This document shows positions 46,031-55,322 of a DNA stretch of 58,953 bases, piece after piece. A program made the position numbers and the translations under genes. Origin of the DNA: Minisyncoccota bacterium (GTDB lineage: Bacteria > Patescibacteriota > Minisyncoccia > 2-02-FULL-40-12 > GWA2-44-9). The stretch covers positions 1-58,953 of the forward strand of contig DATEYD010000041.1 of assembly GCA_035583445.1 (NCBI GenBank), in the 5' to 3' direction. The first letter of the stretch is position 1. Every line of letters begins with the position of its first letter. Under the pieces are notes generated by a model that searched no databases, was not told the DNA's origin, and worked only from the letters and a program-made list of their open reading frames with translations.

Positions 46031-47776
46031 CTATGAAGTCTGCCCTACTTTTGCCCACTCTTGTTTCGCTTTTTCGATCTCCATCAACTGGCGCGGATCG
46101 GACGTGATGATCTGATCTTCAGCGTACGATGCCAGGATCCGAATGCCGACGTGGTTCGAACCGAGGAAGAAGAGTCCGAAACCGACCCGAGCCTCGAGGA
46201 GGTAGTATTTCTCCGAATCGGTGAGATTGAACGTCTGTTGGATGACCTCGATCGCAGCCGGCGATTGCTTCAGGAGCAGTTGGAGCGACGAATTAGTGAC
46301 AATCGCCTTGCCTTGCGCCGTGTTCATGAAGTCCGGGATGTCCTGGGAGATCGTGGTGAGGCCGCAGTAGTACTTGCGGCCTCGTTTTGCGATGTTGAAC
46401 AGGAAGTCGGCGCCGACCGGGAACTTCATGACCCACCACGCCTCATCGACGACCAGCATGCGCCGCTTCCGTTCCCGGCGGATCTGCGTCCACACGTAGC
46501 TGAGCACGGTGTACATGGCGATAGGACGGAGCTCGTCCTCGAGGTCGCGGATGCCGAAGACGATGAGCTGGTTGTCGAGGGGCACATTGGTCGGGTTGTT
46601 GAGGAATCCCGCGAACGACCCGGTGGTGAACTTCTGGAGGCGCGTTGCCAATCGCTCCGCGCCGGCCATGCCTTCCAGGACGCTCTGAAGATCGGAAAGC
46701 ACAGGTGGCGGGAGACTCGAGAAGTCCTGGTCAGGGACGATATCCTTGATGGCATACGTCTGGGTGATCGCCTGGTCCAGGATCGATTCTTCCTCGGGCG
46801 TCACCTCCCCTCCCATGAGGAGACGCATCAGCCCCGACAGGCCGAGCACATGGGAAGTGAACACATCGCTCCACGACTCCTCGTCCTTGGGCGTCGGCAG
46901 ATCGAATGGATTGATGTGCTGATCGGAATTGATCGAGATCTTGACGTTCGTGCCGCCGACCGTGTCGGAAAGGTACTTGTACTCGTCTTCGGGGTCGATG
47001 ACGATGACCTGGGTGTCGAACATCAGCGAACGGAGGATTTCAAGCTTGATCGCATAGCTCTTGCCTGCGCCGGACTTCGCGAAGACCACCATGTTCGCGT
47101 TCTCGAGGGAGAAACGATCGAACAGAACGAGCGAGTTGTTCGAGGTGTTCAATCCGTACAGGATGCCGCTGTTCGAGGTGAGGTCGCTAGAGACGAACGG
47201 GAATGTGCTCGCGAGCGGCTCCGTGTTCATCGGGCTCAGGGCAAGCAGACGGTCGGCGCAGAACGGCGCGGTCGTGAGGAATCCCTCCACCATGCGGAAC
47301 GTCGCCTGTTTGGTGATGACCAGCTGACCCTCGAGGACGCCGGCGACCGACTTTTCCAGGTCATCCAGTTCCCTCACGCTGTTGCCGTAGAGCGTCAGGT
47401 ACAGGCCGAGCTTGAAGAATCGCTCGGTCCCCTGCTGTAGCGAGTCTCGGAGGGCTTCGATGTCCGACACGGCCGTCTCGAGCTGCGGGTTGCGCACCTT
47501 GCCGGCCGATTGCTCCTCCATGATCTGCGCTTGGAGACGGGCGAGCTGGTCGCGGAGCTGCTTGAGGACGTCGCCGGTAGGCTGGGATTGGATGAACAAG
47601 GCGATATCGAGAACCCGGTCAAGGTTGATGATCGGAGAGAGCCAACTGGTGTTCAGGTAGCGCGGATATGACCCGACGAACAGCGTTCGCGCGTACTTGT
47701 CCCCGATCTGAATGTAGCTGGGCGTTACCGCCAGTGCGCCGGGGGCAATGAGTTGCGTGAGTTCGTCGGTCGTCAT
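46031..47776 (-). CDS. virB4: VirB4/TrbE-type type IV secretion ATPase (C-terminal ATPase part)
   Basis: 581 aa. Walker A FAKSGAGKSY, Walker B MLVVDEAWWVM, ...GLTTISQD... ATGA overlap with the upstream ORF. Confidence 0.8.
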   Translation of the reverse strand: MTTDELTQLIAPGALAVTPSYIQIGDKYARTLFVGSYPRYLNTSWLSPIINLDRVLDIALFIQSQPTGDVLKQLRDQLARLQAQIMEEQSAGKVRNPQLETAVSDIEALRDSLQQGTERFFKLGLYLTLYGNSVRELDDLEKSVAGVLEGQLVITKQATFRMVEGFLTTAPFCADRLLALSPMNTEPLASTFPFVSSDLTSNSGILYGLNTSNNSLVLFDRFSLENANMVVFAKSGAGKSYAIKLEILRSLMFDTQVIVIDPEDEYKYLSDTVGGTNVKISINSDQHINPFDLPTPKDEESWSDVFTSHVLGLSGLMRLLMGGEVTPEEESILDQAITQTYAIKDIVPDQDFSSLPPPVLSDLQSVLEGMAGAERLATRLQKFTTGSFAGFLNNPTNVPLDNQLIVFGIRDLEDELRPIAMYTVLSYVWTQIRRERKRRMLVVDEAWWVMKFPVGADFLFNIAKRGRKYYCGLTTISQDIPDFMNTAQGKAIVTNSSLQLLLKQSPAAIEVIQQTFNLTDSEKYYLLEARVGFGLFFLGSNHVGIRILASYAEDQIITSDPRQLMEIEKAKQEWAKVGQTS

Positions 47777-48414
47777 GATGCGGGGGTCTTTGCAGGTTCG
47801 GGCAGGTTGGGGTTGTAGAGGTCGCGCAGGAGCTTCGAGATCTCGGCATCGTTCAGCACGCTGCCGGTCAATCCCATACCCGACAGCCCGCCGATGATCA
47901 GATCGGCGCGTTGCATCATCTGCGTCTTTGCGACCGCAAGCTGTTCGGGAGAGAGCGTCGAGGTGGTGACAGCCTTCTTCTTGCCCAAGAACGACTGGAA
48001 GAATCCCCCACCCTTTTTTCCCGTGGGTAATTGAACGGTGAACGGCAGCACCACATAGAACTGTTTGGACATGATGTTCGCAAGCTCGGAAAGCTCGCCG
48101 ACGAAGCGCGCGTATTCACCGGCCTGGACCTTCAGGAGTTCGTTCGTTTGCTTCTCTGCGGCGCTTCGGGCCAATGCGATGTATGTCGATACGTCGAATC
48201 GGCGGGACTGTATGACGATCTGGAACGGGAAATCTAACGAATTCAGGAATCCCTGGAACTGCTGGATGATCGCGTTCTGTTCGTCGGTCGAACGCAGCTC
48301 GAAGTTGATGGCGCTGATGCGGACAATGGCGCGCAAGGTGCTGTCCTTCAGGGTGATGACGCCGCTCCCGATGTCTGCGACGGGGACAAGCTCGGTTGTT
48401 GAGGGGGGTGGCAT
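47773..48414 (-). CDS. protein resembling the VirB4 N-terminal domain (apparent split VirB4)
   Basis: 213 aa. ...VPVADIGSGVITLKDSTLRAIVRISAINFELRSTDEQNAIIQQFQGFLNSLDFPFQIVIQSRR resembles the start of Gram-positive-type VirB4 proteins. Confidence 0.45.
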   Translation of the reverse strand: MPPPSTTELVPVADIGSGVITLKDSTLRAIVRISAINFELRSTDEQNAIIQQFQGFLNSLDFPFQIVIQSRRFDVSTYIALARSAAEKQTNELLKVQAGEYARFVGELSELANIMSKQFYVVLPFTVQLPTGKKGGGFFQSFLGKKKAVTTSTLSPEQLAVAKTQMMQRADLIIGGLSGMGLTGSVLNDAEISKLLRDLYNPNLPEPAKTPAS

Positions 48415-48416
48415 GG

Positions 48417-48725
48417 TTAGGGCTTCGGGAATTGCTCAGGGACCGTCTGCTTCGGGGTGAACTGGTACCGCTTGGCGCCGAAGATGTACGCGAGGAAGTA
48501 TGCGAAATAGTTCAGGAATGGCTGGTCATTGACCTTCAGGAACGCGAGAGCCGCGAAGAATCCTGCCGTCAGGAGCGCCAGAACGACGAAGAACAATCCG
48601 GGCAAGAGCATATACTCGACAACAACCATGCTAATGCCACCTGCGACGAAGAGGAACTGCTTGAGCGTGAACGGCCCAACGACCTTCGTTTCCGTCTCGA
48701 TGAATTGAGGAACCTGGAATCTCAT
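48417..48725 (-). CDS. PrgI/VirB3-like two-TM protein
   Basis: 102 aa. MRFQVPQFIETETKVVGPFTLKQFLFVAGG..., then two TM helices. Sits directly upstream of VirB4, as VirB3/PrgI genes do. Confidence 0.55.
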   Translation of the reverse strand: MRFQVPQFIETETKVVGPFTLKQFLFVAGGISMVVVEYMLLPGLFFVVLALLTAGFFAALAFLKVNDQPFLNYFAYFLAYIFGAKRYQFTPKQTVPEQFPKP

Positions 48726-49270
48726 GACGTCTTGCGTAGATCAATGATATTACGAGACGGCTGATTTGGCACTGGCGGGACGTCGGTCGTCGATTCGGAC
48801 TGCGGTGGTGTCGCTGAGGATTCCGGGGCAGCGGTCGTCATCAAGGGCGGGATCTCGCGAAGCTCGGTAGTCTCCCCCGCTTCGGGGTCGAGGACGATGT
48901 CGGGAACCTCCTCAGGGGTGATTGACAGGTATGGCACAACAAGCTGGCGGATGCTCCCCGCGAGGCTCGGAGCCTGTTCCTGGGAAAGGCCGATACGCTG
49001 GAAGAGCTCGTCGAGCGATTCCGGCTTCACCTCACCAAGCGCGGTCAGCATGACTGTCTTGGCGACTGCGGTTCGATAATTCTCCGGGAAGAGTCCACTC
49101 TGCTCCAGGTCGGCGATGAACTGGGCGGTTTCGGGTGCGACTAGGAATTTTCGGAACTCATCCGGGAGCGCGACGAAGCGATTGTAGATGTCCATCTGCC
49201 CGGCCTCATCACGGCCGATGATCGCGTTCTCGAGCGGGCTGTATTGGAGGTATTGCTGGATGCTTTCCAT
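48722..49270 (-). CDS. hypothetical protein with a Pro/Thr/Ser-rich tail (T4SS-like operon)
   Basis: 182-aa ORF. 4-nt overlap downstream. No motif recognised. Confidence 0.45.
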   Translation of the reverse strand: MESIQQYLQYSPLENAIIGRDEAGQMDIYNRFVALPDEFRKFLVAPETAQFIADLEQSGLFPENYRTAVAKTVMLTALGEVKPESLDELFQRIGLSQEQAPSLAGSIRQLVVPYLSITPEEVPDIVLDPEAGETTELREIPPLMTTAAPESSATPPQSESTTDVPPVPNQPSRNIIDLRKTS

Positions 49271-49273
49271 GGT

Positions 49274-51916
49274 CTAAGGGGTGGGTGGTGCTGCTGGCGC
49301 CGCCGCCGCTGGTTGCGGACTCGGGGGCTGCCCGGACGATTGGAACGTTGGTTTTTCGGTGATCGCGCGCAGCTCCTGGTCCACGAGCTCGATCTGCTGC
49401 TGGATGCCCCGGACATTCGCCGTCGGGTTCGCCTGCAGTGTTGATCGTCGCTGACTCTCCAATTGCGCCTTCTGCGCTGACAGTTGCGCCACGAGGGTCT
49501 GGATTTGGGATTCAGCCTGCGTGATGCGGGCCAGTTGCTGGGCTGATGCGTTCGCCCGCATTTCCGCGAAGCTCGAGACATTGTACAAGAGCCGCGTGTA
49601 CCTGTTGTTGAGCTCCTCAAGTCCCTGCTGCTGCCGCCATTGGATGCCCATGGTTTGCTGGTAATGATCCTCGGCTTTGAGAATGTCCGTAGCATTGAAC
49701 GTCCGCGCTTCCCGCGAGATCGCCTCATCCACGGTCAGCGGTGTCTTGCCGTCCGCCCCCATGATTAACTTCAGATCAGCGCCCACGATGATGGCCGGCA
49801 CCTTGTTCTTGCCGGTCTTGGCACTGTCGACGAATTTGCCGGCCTGCTTCTTGTCGGTGATCAGACGGAGGAATGACTTGAGATCGTCAACGCCGTCGTA
49901 CTTCCGTGTGCCGGCGTCTTTCTGTAGTTGCTCATCCCGTTGCTTGATGAAGCCCTGCAGTGCCGCCGCGGACACTTTCGCGTAGCGTTCCTGGAGGTCC
50001 ATCAGTTCGCTGCTCGTGATCTTCTGTGTCTTGAGCAGAATATTCCCAGCCGCGATCGCGGTCTCATTCGTGACCGGTAGTTTGCCTGTTCCTGTTACGA
50101 GTTTGTGCAGCTCGTTTGCCTGCTTCGTCTGCAGGTCGGTCAACGCTTGTTCTGCCTTCGCACGAGCTATCTGCGCGTCGTGGAGTTCGATGACGGAGGC
50201 TCTTCCCGCACTCATTGCGTCGCTGGCACGGGCCTCCGCTGCCGTTGCTTGTTCAATGCGGATCCTCGCACGGTCGAGTTGCTTTTGAAGCTGCTGGTCC
50301 AAGCGTTTGGTGCGGTCATCAATACGTGATTGCAGGTATTTCTGGCGAGCTTCGCCCCCAGCGACCATCGTCCGGACGCCTGCCTCAAGCCGCTCCTGGC
50401 GCGCAGCGAGCGGCTTCTGTACGACGCGCTCGTACCGTTCTTTTGCGCCCTCTCGCAATCCCCGGGTGGCCGTGGTCGCGCCGGTGATGGCGCCGAGGCC
50501 GCGACCGACGGTACGGACGCCGAAGCCGGTCTTCTCGCTGACGCCCAGCGCGCCCCCGATGGTGCCGAACACCGATCCGGCCAAGGGGCTCAAGCGGAAT
50601 GCGAACTTCGTGACCATTCCGGCGCCCCCGATGAAGATGAACGCAGCGATGATCGTGAAGAATGCGGTGCCGAACAACGAAGAGATGAGCGGAAGATCAT
50701 TGATATCGGCCCCAGCCGAGATCAATGTGCCCTGCGTGCTCAGAACGAAGAGCCCCAGATAGATGACCATGAGGTACAAGGGGCCGAACGCACAAATGCC
50801 AACAAGGTTACCGAACCATCGCATGAACTGCGGCTTGGCGGGCGGTACGGCGAGCGCGAAGAATGCGGCCGGCGAGACCGCAAGCAAAAACCACACGATC
50901 GGGATACGGACGACCATGAACAGTACGATAGCGATGAAGGAGAGTGACATGACGAGAAGCAGGAAGAAGCGAACGAGTACGTGCGAGAACTGGGAGAGCG
51001 ACGTACTGAGGCCGGAGGAGCCATACACCGCATCAAACGCAGCAAGCGCTTCATCGCTCGCCTGGGCGCGCCACACCGTCTCAGCGATTCTATTGCCGAT
51101 GTTCTTGAGTAACGACTGGTGCTCATCCAAGTATTTTGTGGCGGCAGCGCCTTGTGCTTTCAGTGCCTTTGTGTAGCAATCGATGGGTAGCTGGTTCGCC
51201 TGTAGGCAGGACTGAAGAACAGTCAAGGCACCACGCGATCCTGCGCCTTCAGCGCTATCCTCGGCTGCCTTTGTCTGCCAGGCCACGACAGCCAAGCGTT
51301 GTCCTGGGGGCAATTTATCCAGCGGGATCGAACCACTTGGTGCCGCAAGACTCGGAACCTTACCCGAAGTCCCGGCGGCAACCCCAATGACCTGCAATTG
51401 GGTTGCTATTTGTGCGCCCACATCTTGCGGCATAAACCCAAGGACGAGTTGCGTGGCGCGATTTCCGGTCCACACGATTGTCTGGCCGACTGCAAGGCTC
51501 AGGTTAATCAGGATCGCAGCAGCGATGAACATCGCAATCGATTGACGCGCGTGGAATGCATTGGGCTTCAATGTGTTGAAGATCGTGCCGAACGAGATAA
51601 TGATGAGAACGACTACGAAGAACATCGAACACAAATCACGGATCCAATCCCACATTTTGTATACTGTGGCCCCGCCATACGTAATGTTCCATGAAATTAC
51701 ACTTTGCAGATTTGTCCCAAAGAATTTAAGAAGACTGATAAGGAGGTTCGAGAACGCATCGAATATCGCGGCGCCAATGTCCATGAAGACGCTGCCGAGC
51801 GTTTTACTCGTCTCTTGCATCATACTCAACAGTCCCGCGTGAGCAGGGATTGGAATGAGGGCGACGGTCAGAACGATGACCAGGGCCGACGGGATGATGA
51901 AACGCCGGAGGTCCAT
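49274..51916 (-). CDS. VirB6/TrbL-like polytopic membrane protein with a roughly 400-aa C-terminal coiled-coil extension
   Basis: Met at 51914-16 lies 1 nt after the upstream stop (the ORF opens at 51964). At least 8 predicted TM segments, then a Q/A/K/E-rich heptad-like region and an APAAPPTP tail. Confidence 0.55.
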   Translation of the reverse strand: MDLRRFIIPSALVIVLTVALIPIPAHAGLLSMMQETSKTLGSVFMDIGAAIFDAFSNLLISLLKFFGTNLQSVISWNITYGGATVYKMWDWIRDLCSMFFVVVLIIISFGTIFNTLKPNAFHARQSIAMFIAAAILINLSLAVGQTIVWTGNRATQLVLGFMPQDVGAQIATQLQVIGVAAGTSGKVPSLAAPSGSIPLDKLPPGQRLAVVAWQTKAAEDSAEGAGSRGALTVLQSCLQANQLPIDCYTKALKAQGAAATKYLDEHQSLLKNIGNRIAETVWRAQASDEALAAFDAVYGSSGLSTSLSQFSHVLVRFFLLLVMSLSFIAIVLFMVVRIPIVWFLLAVSPAAFFALAVPPAKPQFMRWFGNLVGICAFGPLYLMVIYLGLFVLSTQGTLISAGADINDLPLISSLFGTAFFTIIAAFIFIGGAGMVTKFAFRLSPLAGSVFGTIGGALGVSEKTGFGVRTVGRGLGAITGATTATRGLREGAKERYERVVQKPLAARQERLEAGVRTMVAGGEARQKYLQSRIDDRTKRLDQQLQKQLDRARIRIEQATAAEARASDAMSAGRASVIELHDAQIARAKAEQALTDLQTKQANELHKLVTGTGKLPVTNETAIAAGNILLKTQKITSSELMDLQERYAKVSAAALQGFIKQRDEQLQKDAGTRKYDGVDDLKSFLRLITDKKQAGKFVDSAKTGKNKVPAIIVGADLKLIMGADGKTPLTVDEAISREARTFNATDILKAEDHYQQTMGIQWRQQQGLEELNNRYTRLLYNVSSFAEMRANASAQQLARITQAESQIQTLVAQLSAQKAQLESQRRSTLQANPTANVRGIQQQIELVDQELRAITEKPTFQSSGQPPSPQPAAAAPAAPPTP

Positions 51917-51917
51917 A

Positions 51918-53609
51918 TCAATCCTGGATTCCTGCGGGGCACGCGGCGATGAGTCCGCCGCCATCCGTACGGAGTGCCCCGGCAGGAGTGATTACATCCA
52001 CCGAGATGGTGGTCGATCCGAGGATCACAATACGGTCGTCGTAGAACGGGCTCGTCTTGCAGTTGCTTCCTGATGAGCACAGGGTATCGAGAACGGTCCG
52101 ATAGCTTACGCCCGCGGCGATTTGGTTGCTCCCTGCTGGCGAGAAGAATTCGGGGTGCTGTGCGATCGTATTCGCGATGGCAGTCGCAACAATGGGGAGG
52201 ATCGCACCTTTGAACGACGCGTCGTTCGTGATGCAGATGCATTCTGGGTTGCCACCAGTACATGCCGGGTCATCAATATCCCCTGATCCGGGTACGGGTG
52301 CGGGGGTTGGTATCGGGGTTGGGGTCTGAGTCACCCGATCGTCATCCCACGGACTGAGGCTAAAACGGAGCGGGATCGGTTGAGATGCGAAACTCAGCAT
52401 CCGTACCGCGATGCGCGCCCCGATGTCGTCCATGATCTGCTTGCCTGCGTTCGCTTGTTGAACCAATGAATCCGTCTGAGTCTTGATGGAATCCGTATAA
52501 ATATTCTGGAGGGCGCCCGGTGCCTGGACGAGTGAACCGTCAGCGACACAATCTTTGTCCCCGTTCGGGCCAGTGACGCACGATTGGTATGCGCCGAGGA
52601 AACCGCCGCCTGCAACCAACTGGTATTGCCGTACCTCAGAAAGAGCCGCCACCTGCTTTTCGAATTCCGCGTCGGCAAGAGAGATGAAACCGGCCGGATA
52701 ATTCTGCTGTTCACTGACGAGTCCGAGGAGGTCGAATCCGCCATTCGCGATGAACGAGTCAGCGGTAGCGATGGCTGCGGGATTGAAGTCTTCCGGTAGC
52801 GTGCATGCAGCGCGAAGCTCGAACGGCGTATCCCCGTCGACCGAGAGCTCATTCGGGTCAATATCGGGTGGATCGGTCCGATAATTCTCGGGTACGTCAT
52901 AGTAATCAAGTACTGCATCTTTGAAATACGGGCAGATCGGAGTGTATACGAGCATGGTCCAAAGCCGGCGTTGCGCCATGCGGTAGGGTGCCTTGTTCAG
53001 CGTATCCAACCAGTCGGTCGCAACCGCCGGTCCCCCGTCGGGGCCCATCTGTTGGATCATCTTGTCGATGCGGTCAGTCAGGTCCTTCAGTGAGGAGTCC
53101 ACGACGCACTGGGCAATATAAGACTGCTTCGCGGATTGCTTGAGAGACTCTTTTGCAATTTCGCTGAAGTTCGCCTCAACGGGGATATTGCACTCAGGAA
53201 GCGGGTTGTCAAAGCAGTTGCCGAGGACACATATCTGTTGGACGCCTGCGAGCTTGCAATATGTATATTTCGTTAGGATATCGCTCACCATGTTATTCAA
53301 CGCATTGGTGATCGAGTCCTCTAATCGAGCGGCAGCGGCATCAAGTCCGCCTTGGATGAGCTGGAGGAAGTCCTGCGCGATACAAAATTCCTTCTCGTAG
53401 TCTTTGTCGAGGCCATACTGCTGGAGGATGTATGAGACGCTCAGTAACGACTCGACGGGTTGGTCAGGATTGATCACTCCGGACTGGCCGAGCAATATCT
53501 GCTGGGCCGTATCGTATTGTGCGCGTGCGCGCTGAGCCTCACTGAGTCCCTGGCCAAGCATCAACGCCAGGATTCCGATAGCGACGACAATAGTAAATAC
53601 TCTCCTCAT
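51918..53609 (-). CDS. secreted Cys-rich protein (563 aa), unknown function
   Basis: Signal peptide MRRVFTIVVAIGILALMLGQGLSEA. Many paired Cys. PT linker TQTPTPIPTPAPVP. Confidence 0.5.
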   Translation of the reverse strand: MRRVFTIVVAIGILALMLGQGLSEAQRARAQYDTAQQILLGQSGVINPDQPVESLLSVSYILQQYGLDKDYEKEFCIAQDFLQLIQGGLDAAAARLEDSITNALNNMVSDILTKYTYCKLAGVQQICVLGNCFDNPLPECNIPVEANFSEIAKESLKQSAKQSYIAQCVVDSSLKDLTDRIDKMIQQMGPDGGPAVATDWLDTLNKAPYRMAQRRLWTMLVYTPICPYFKDAVLDYYDVPENYRTDPPDIDPNELSVDGDTPFELRAACTLPEDFNPAAIATADSFIANGGFDLLGLVSEQQNYPAGFISLADAEFEKQVAALSEVRQYQLVAGGGFLGAYQSCVTGPNGDKDCVADGSLVQAPGALQNIYTDSIKTQTDSLVQQANAGKQIMDDIGARIAVRMLSFASQPIPLRFSLSPWDDDRVTQTPTPIPTPAPVPGSGDIDDPACTGGNPECICITNDASFKGAILPIVATAIANTIAQHPEFFSPAGSNQIAAGVSYRTVLDTLCSSGSNCKTSPFYDDRIVILGSTTISVDVITPAGALRTDGGGLIAACPAGIQD

Positions 53610-54520
53610 TGGGTATATGCCGCGTTAATACCCTCGGTTACGCTCGCGAGCAGTCGAATCTGCGTATCGCCGGCAAGCGATGAAAGAACCTGTAAAGCCA
53701 CCAGGCCGCGGACAGGATCACCGTCGATATCGCGGGCATACTGATACTGTCGCTGCAGGGAACGGAAGTATAAGAAGATCTCACGATGCGTTCCCGTCAG
53801 CGCGATGGGGACACGGATCTTCTTGATGCGTGCAACCGCCGACTCAAGGTTCCCGATTTCAGTATCGATGGCGGCTGTATACCGCGCGAAACGTTGGGCG
53901 TCGGTCTCCGGGAGCGATGCGATATCGGACATGGGGACGTCACGAATCGTCTGGATGACCGAGACGAACCCTATCGACGCCGAGGCGAACGCATCTTTGA
54001 GTGCGCGAACGGTCTGCGTGGCGTAGGTCAGCGTTGCGTCTCGCCCGCTCTGGCCAAGAAGCGCCTCATCGGTCGCTATAACCCCCTCCCCCTGCCCCGA
54101 GAGTATGTCGTTGACCAGGTCCTCAAGCGTCTGCGCATACAACGGACTTTCGGGATCCAACTCCCCGGACGACAAGCTGCCAGCTAATAGAAGTGCGGTG
54201 AGTTCAGTGAGATTCCGATTCGAGGTCAGCAGGTCGTTCGGTCCCGGCACGGTCGGATCGTGCCCAGAAAGCACCTCTTCCCCATCCAAATATCCGTCCC
54301 CGTCGGTGTCGGGGTTCTTGTAGTTGGTCTGCCAATACGTCTCTTCGGAGTCCGGAAGCCCATCGCCGTCCTGATCCTTTTCGAAGTCGGCGATGAGATC
54401 TGAAATGCCGGAAATGTTCGCCTGGGAGTCCCGATCCGTGAATAATCCGCCGAAACGCCAAATCGACGCCAACGCGCCCACACACAAAACGGCGAGCAAG
54501 ACCTTAATTCGCGTGCTCAT
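53606..54520 (-). CDS. secreted protein with thrombospondin-type-3-like calcium-binding repeats. First gene of the T4SS-like operon.
   Basis: Signal/TM VLLAVLCVGALASIW. DQDGDGLPDSEE and DTDGDGYLDGEE repeats. Confidence 0.5.
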   Translation of the reverse strand: MSTRIKVLLAVLCVGALASIWRFGGLFTDRDSQANISGISDLIADFEKDQDGDGLPDSEETYWQTNYKNPDTDGDGYLDGEEVLSGHDPTVPGPNDLLTSNRNLTELTALLLAGSLSSGELDPESPLYAQTLEDLVNDILSGQGEGVIATDEALLGQSGRDATLTYATQTVRALKDAFASASIGFVSVIQTIRDVPMSDIASLPETDAQRFARYTAAIDTEIGNLESAVARIKKIRVPIALTGTHREIFLYFRSLQRQYQYARDIDGDPVRGLVALQVLSSLAGDTQIRLLASVTEGINAAYTQ

Positions 54521-54557
54521 CTTTTCTAGAGTTTAGCACGCTTACCGATCCGCGCTG

Positions 54558-55322
54558 CTAGCCGATAGTGGATAGCCGGAGCCAGTCTTCGGGGCTCAGT
54601 TCCTGTGGTCTGGCAGCGGGTGGAATCCCTGCTGCGGAGAGGGTTTCGACGGGGATCGTCGATGTCAACTGCTTCCGCCTGTGTCCAAAAGCCGCTCGAG
54701 CCATGGCGAGCGCCTGTTTCCGGTCCCCGCTTGGGCCATCTGTCCGACGTTCAAGACGTACGACCGCCGAGTCCACCTCAGGAATGGGACGGAAACTTCC
54801 CCGCGAGACCCGCATGACCATCGATGGCCGGGCGTACAACTGCACCCCGAGCGCCAGGAGGTTCATCTGGGGCGCCTGGGCCATCAGGCGGCGGGCGACC
54901 TCCTCCTGGACCATGACCACGGTCAACGCGGGCTGCCAATCCTCGAGTGCGACCTTGATGAAATGAGAGGTTAGGTAGTACGGAATGTTACCGACCAACT
55001 TCCAGGATCCTTGTACGAGGACTGACGGATCGAACTTCAGAATATCGCCCTCGATCACCGAGGCGTTCGAGTATGGCGCGAGCAGTGACCGAAGCGATTC
55101 GAGGAGGCGATGGTCCTTCTCGACCGCGATGACCCGCGCGCCGCTCTTCGCGAGCCGTTCGGTGAGCGCGCCGGTCCCCGGCCCGACCTCGACGACGACG
55201 TCTTCGGCGTCCAGCGCAAGCTCGTCGGCGATGCGATCCAAGATGCCCTGGTTGACGAGCCAGTTCTGGCCGAGCCGTTTCGTTGCGGATGGGAGTCTAG
55301 ACATCGTAGTCGACATCCTCAT
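54558..55322 (-). CDS. rsmA: 16S rRNA (adenine1518/1519-N6)-dimethyltransferase
   Basis: LGQNWLVNQGILDRI, VVEVGPGTGALT, NIPYY. Start ambiguous (Met at 55322, 55316 or 55304). Overlaps the pcrA end. Confidence 0.88.
   Translation of the reverse strand: MRMSTTMSRLPSATKRLGQNWLVNQGILDRIADELALDAEDVVVEVGPGTGALTERLAKSGARVIAVEKDHRLLESLRSLLAPYSNASVIEGDILKFDPSVLVQGSWKLVGNIPYYLTSHFIKVALEDWQPALTVVMVQEEVARRLMAQAPQMNLLALGVQLYARPSMVMRVSRGSFRPIPEVDSAVVRLERRTDGPSGDRKQALAMARAAFGHRRKQLTSTIPVETLSAAGIPPAARPQELSPEDWLRLSTIG

Noticed and set aside
46061-47440. 459-aa plus-strand ORF
   Set aside because: It is antisense to the VirB4 ATPase gene and has no motifs.
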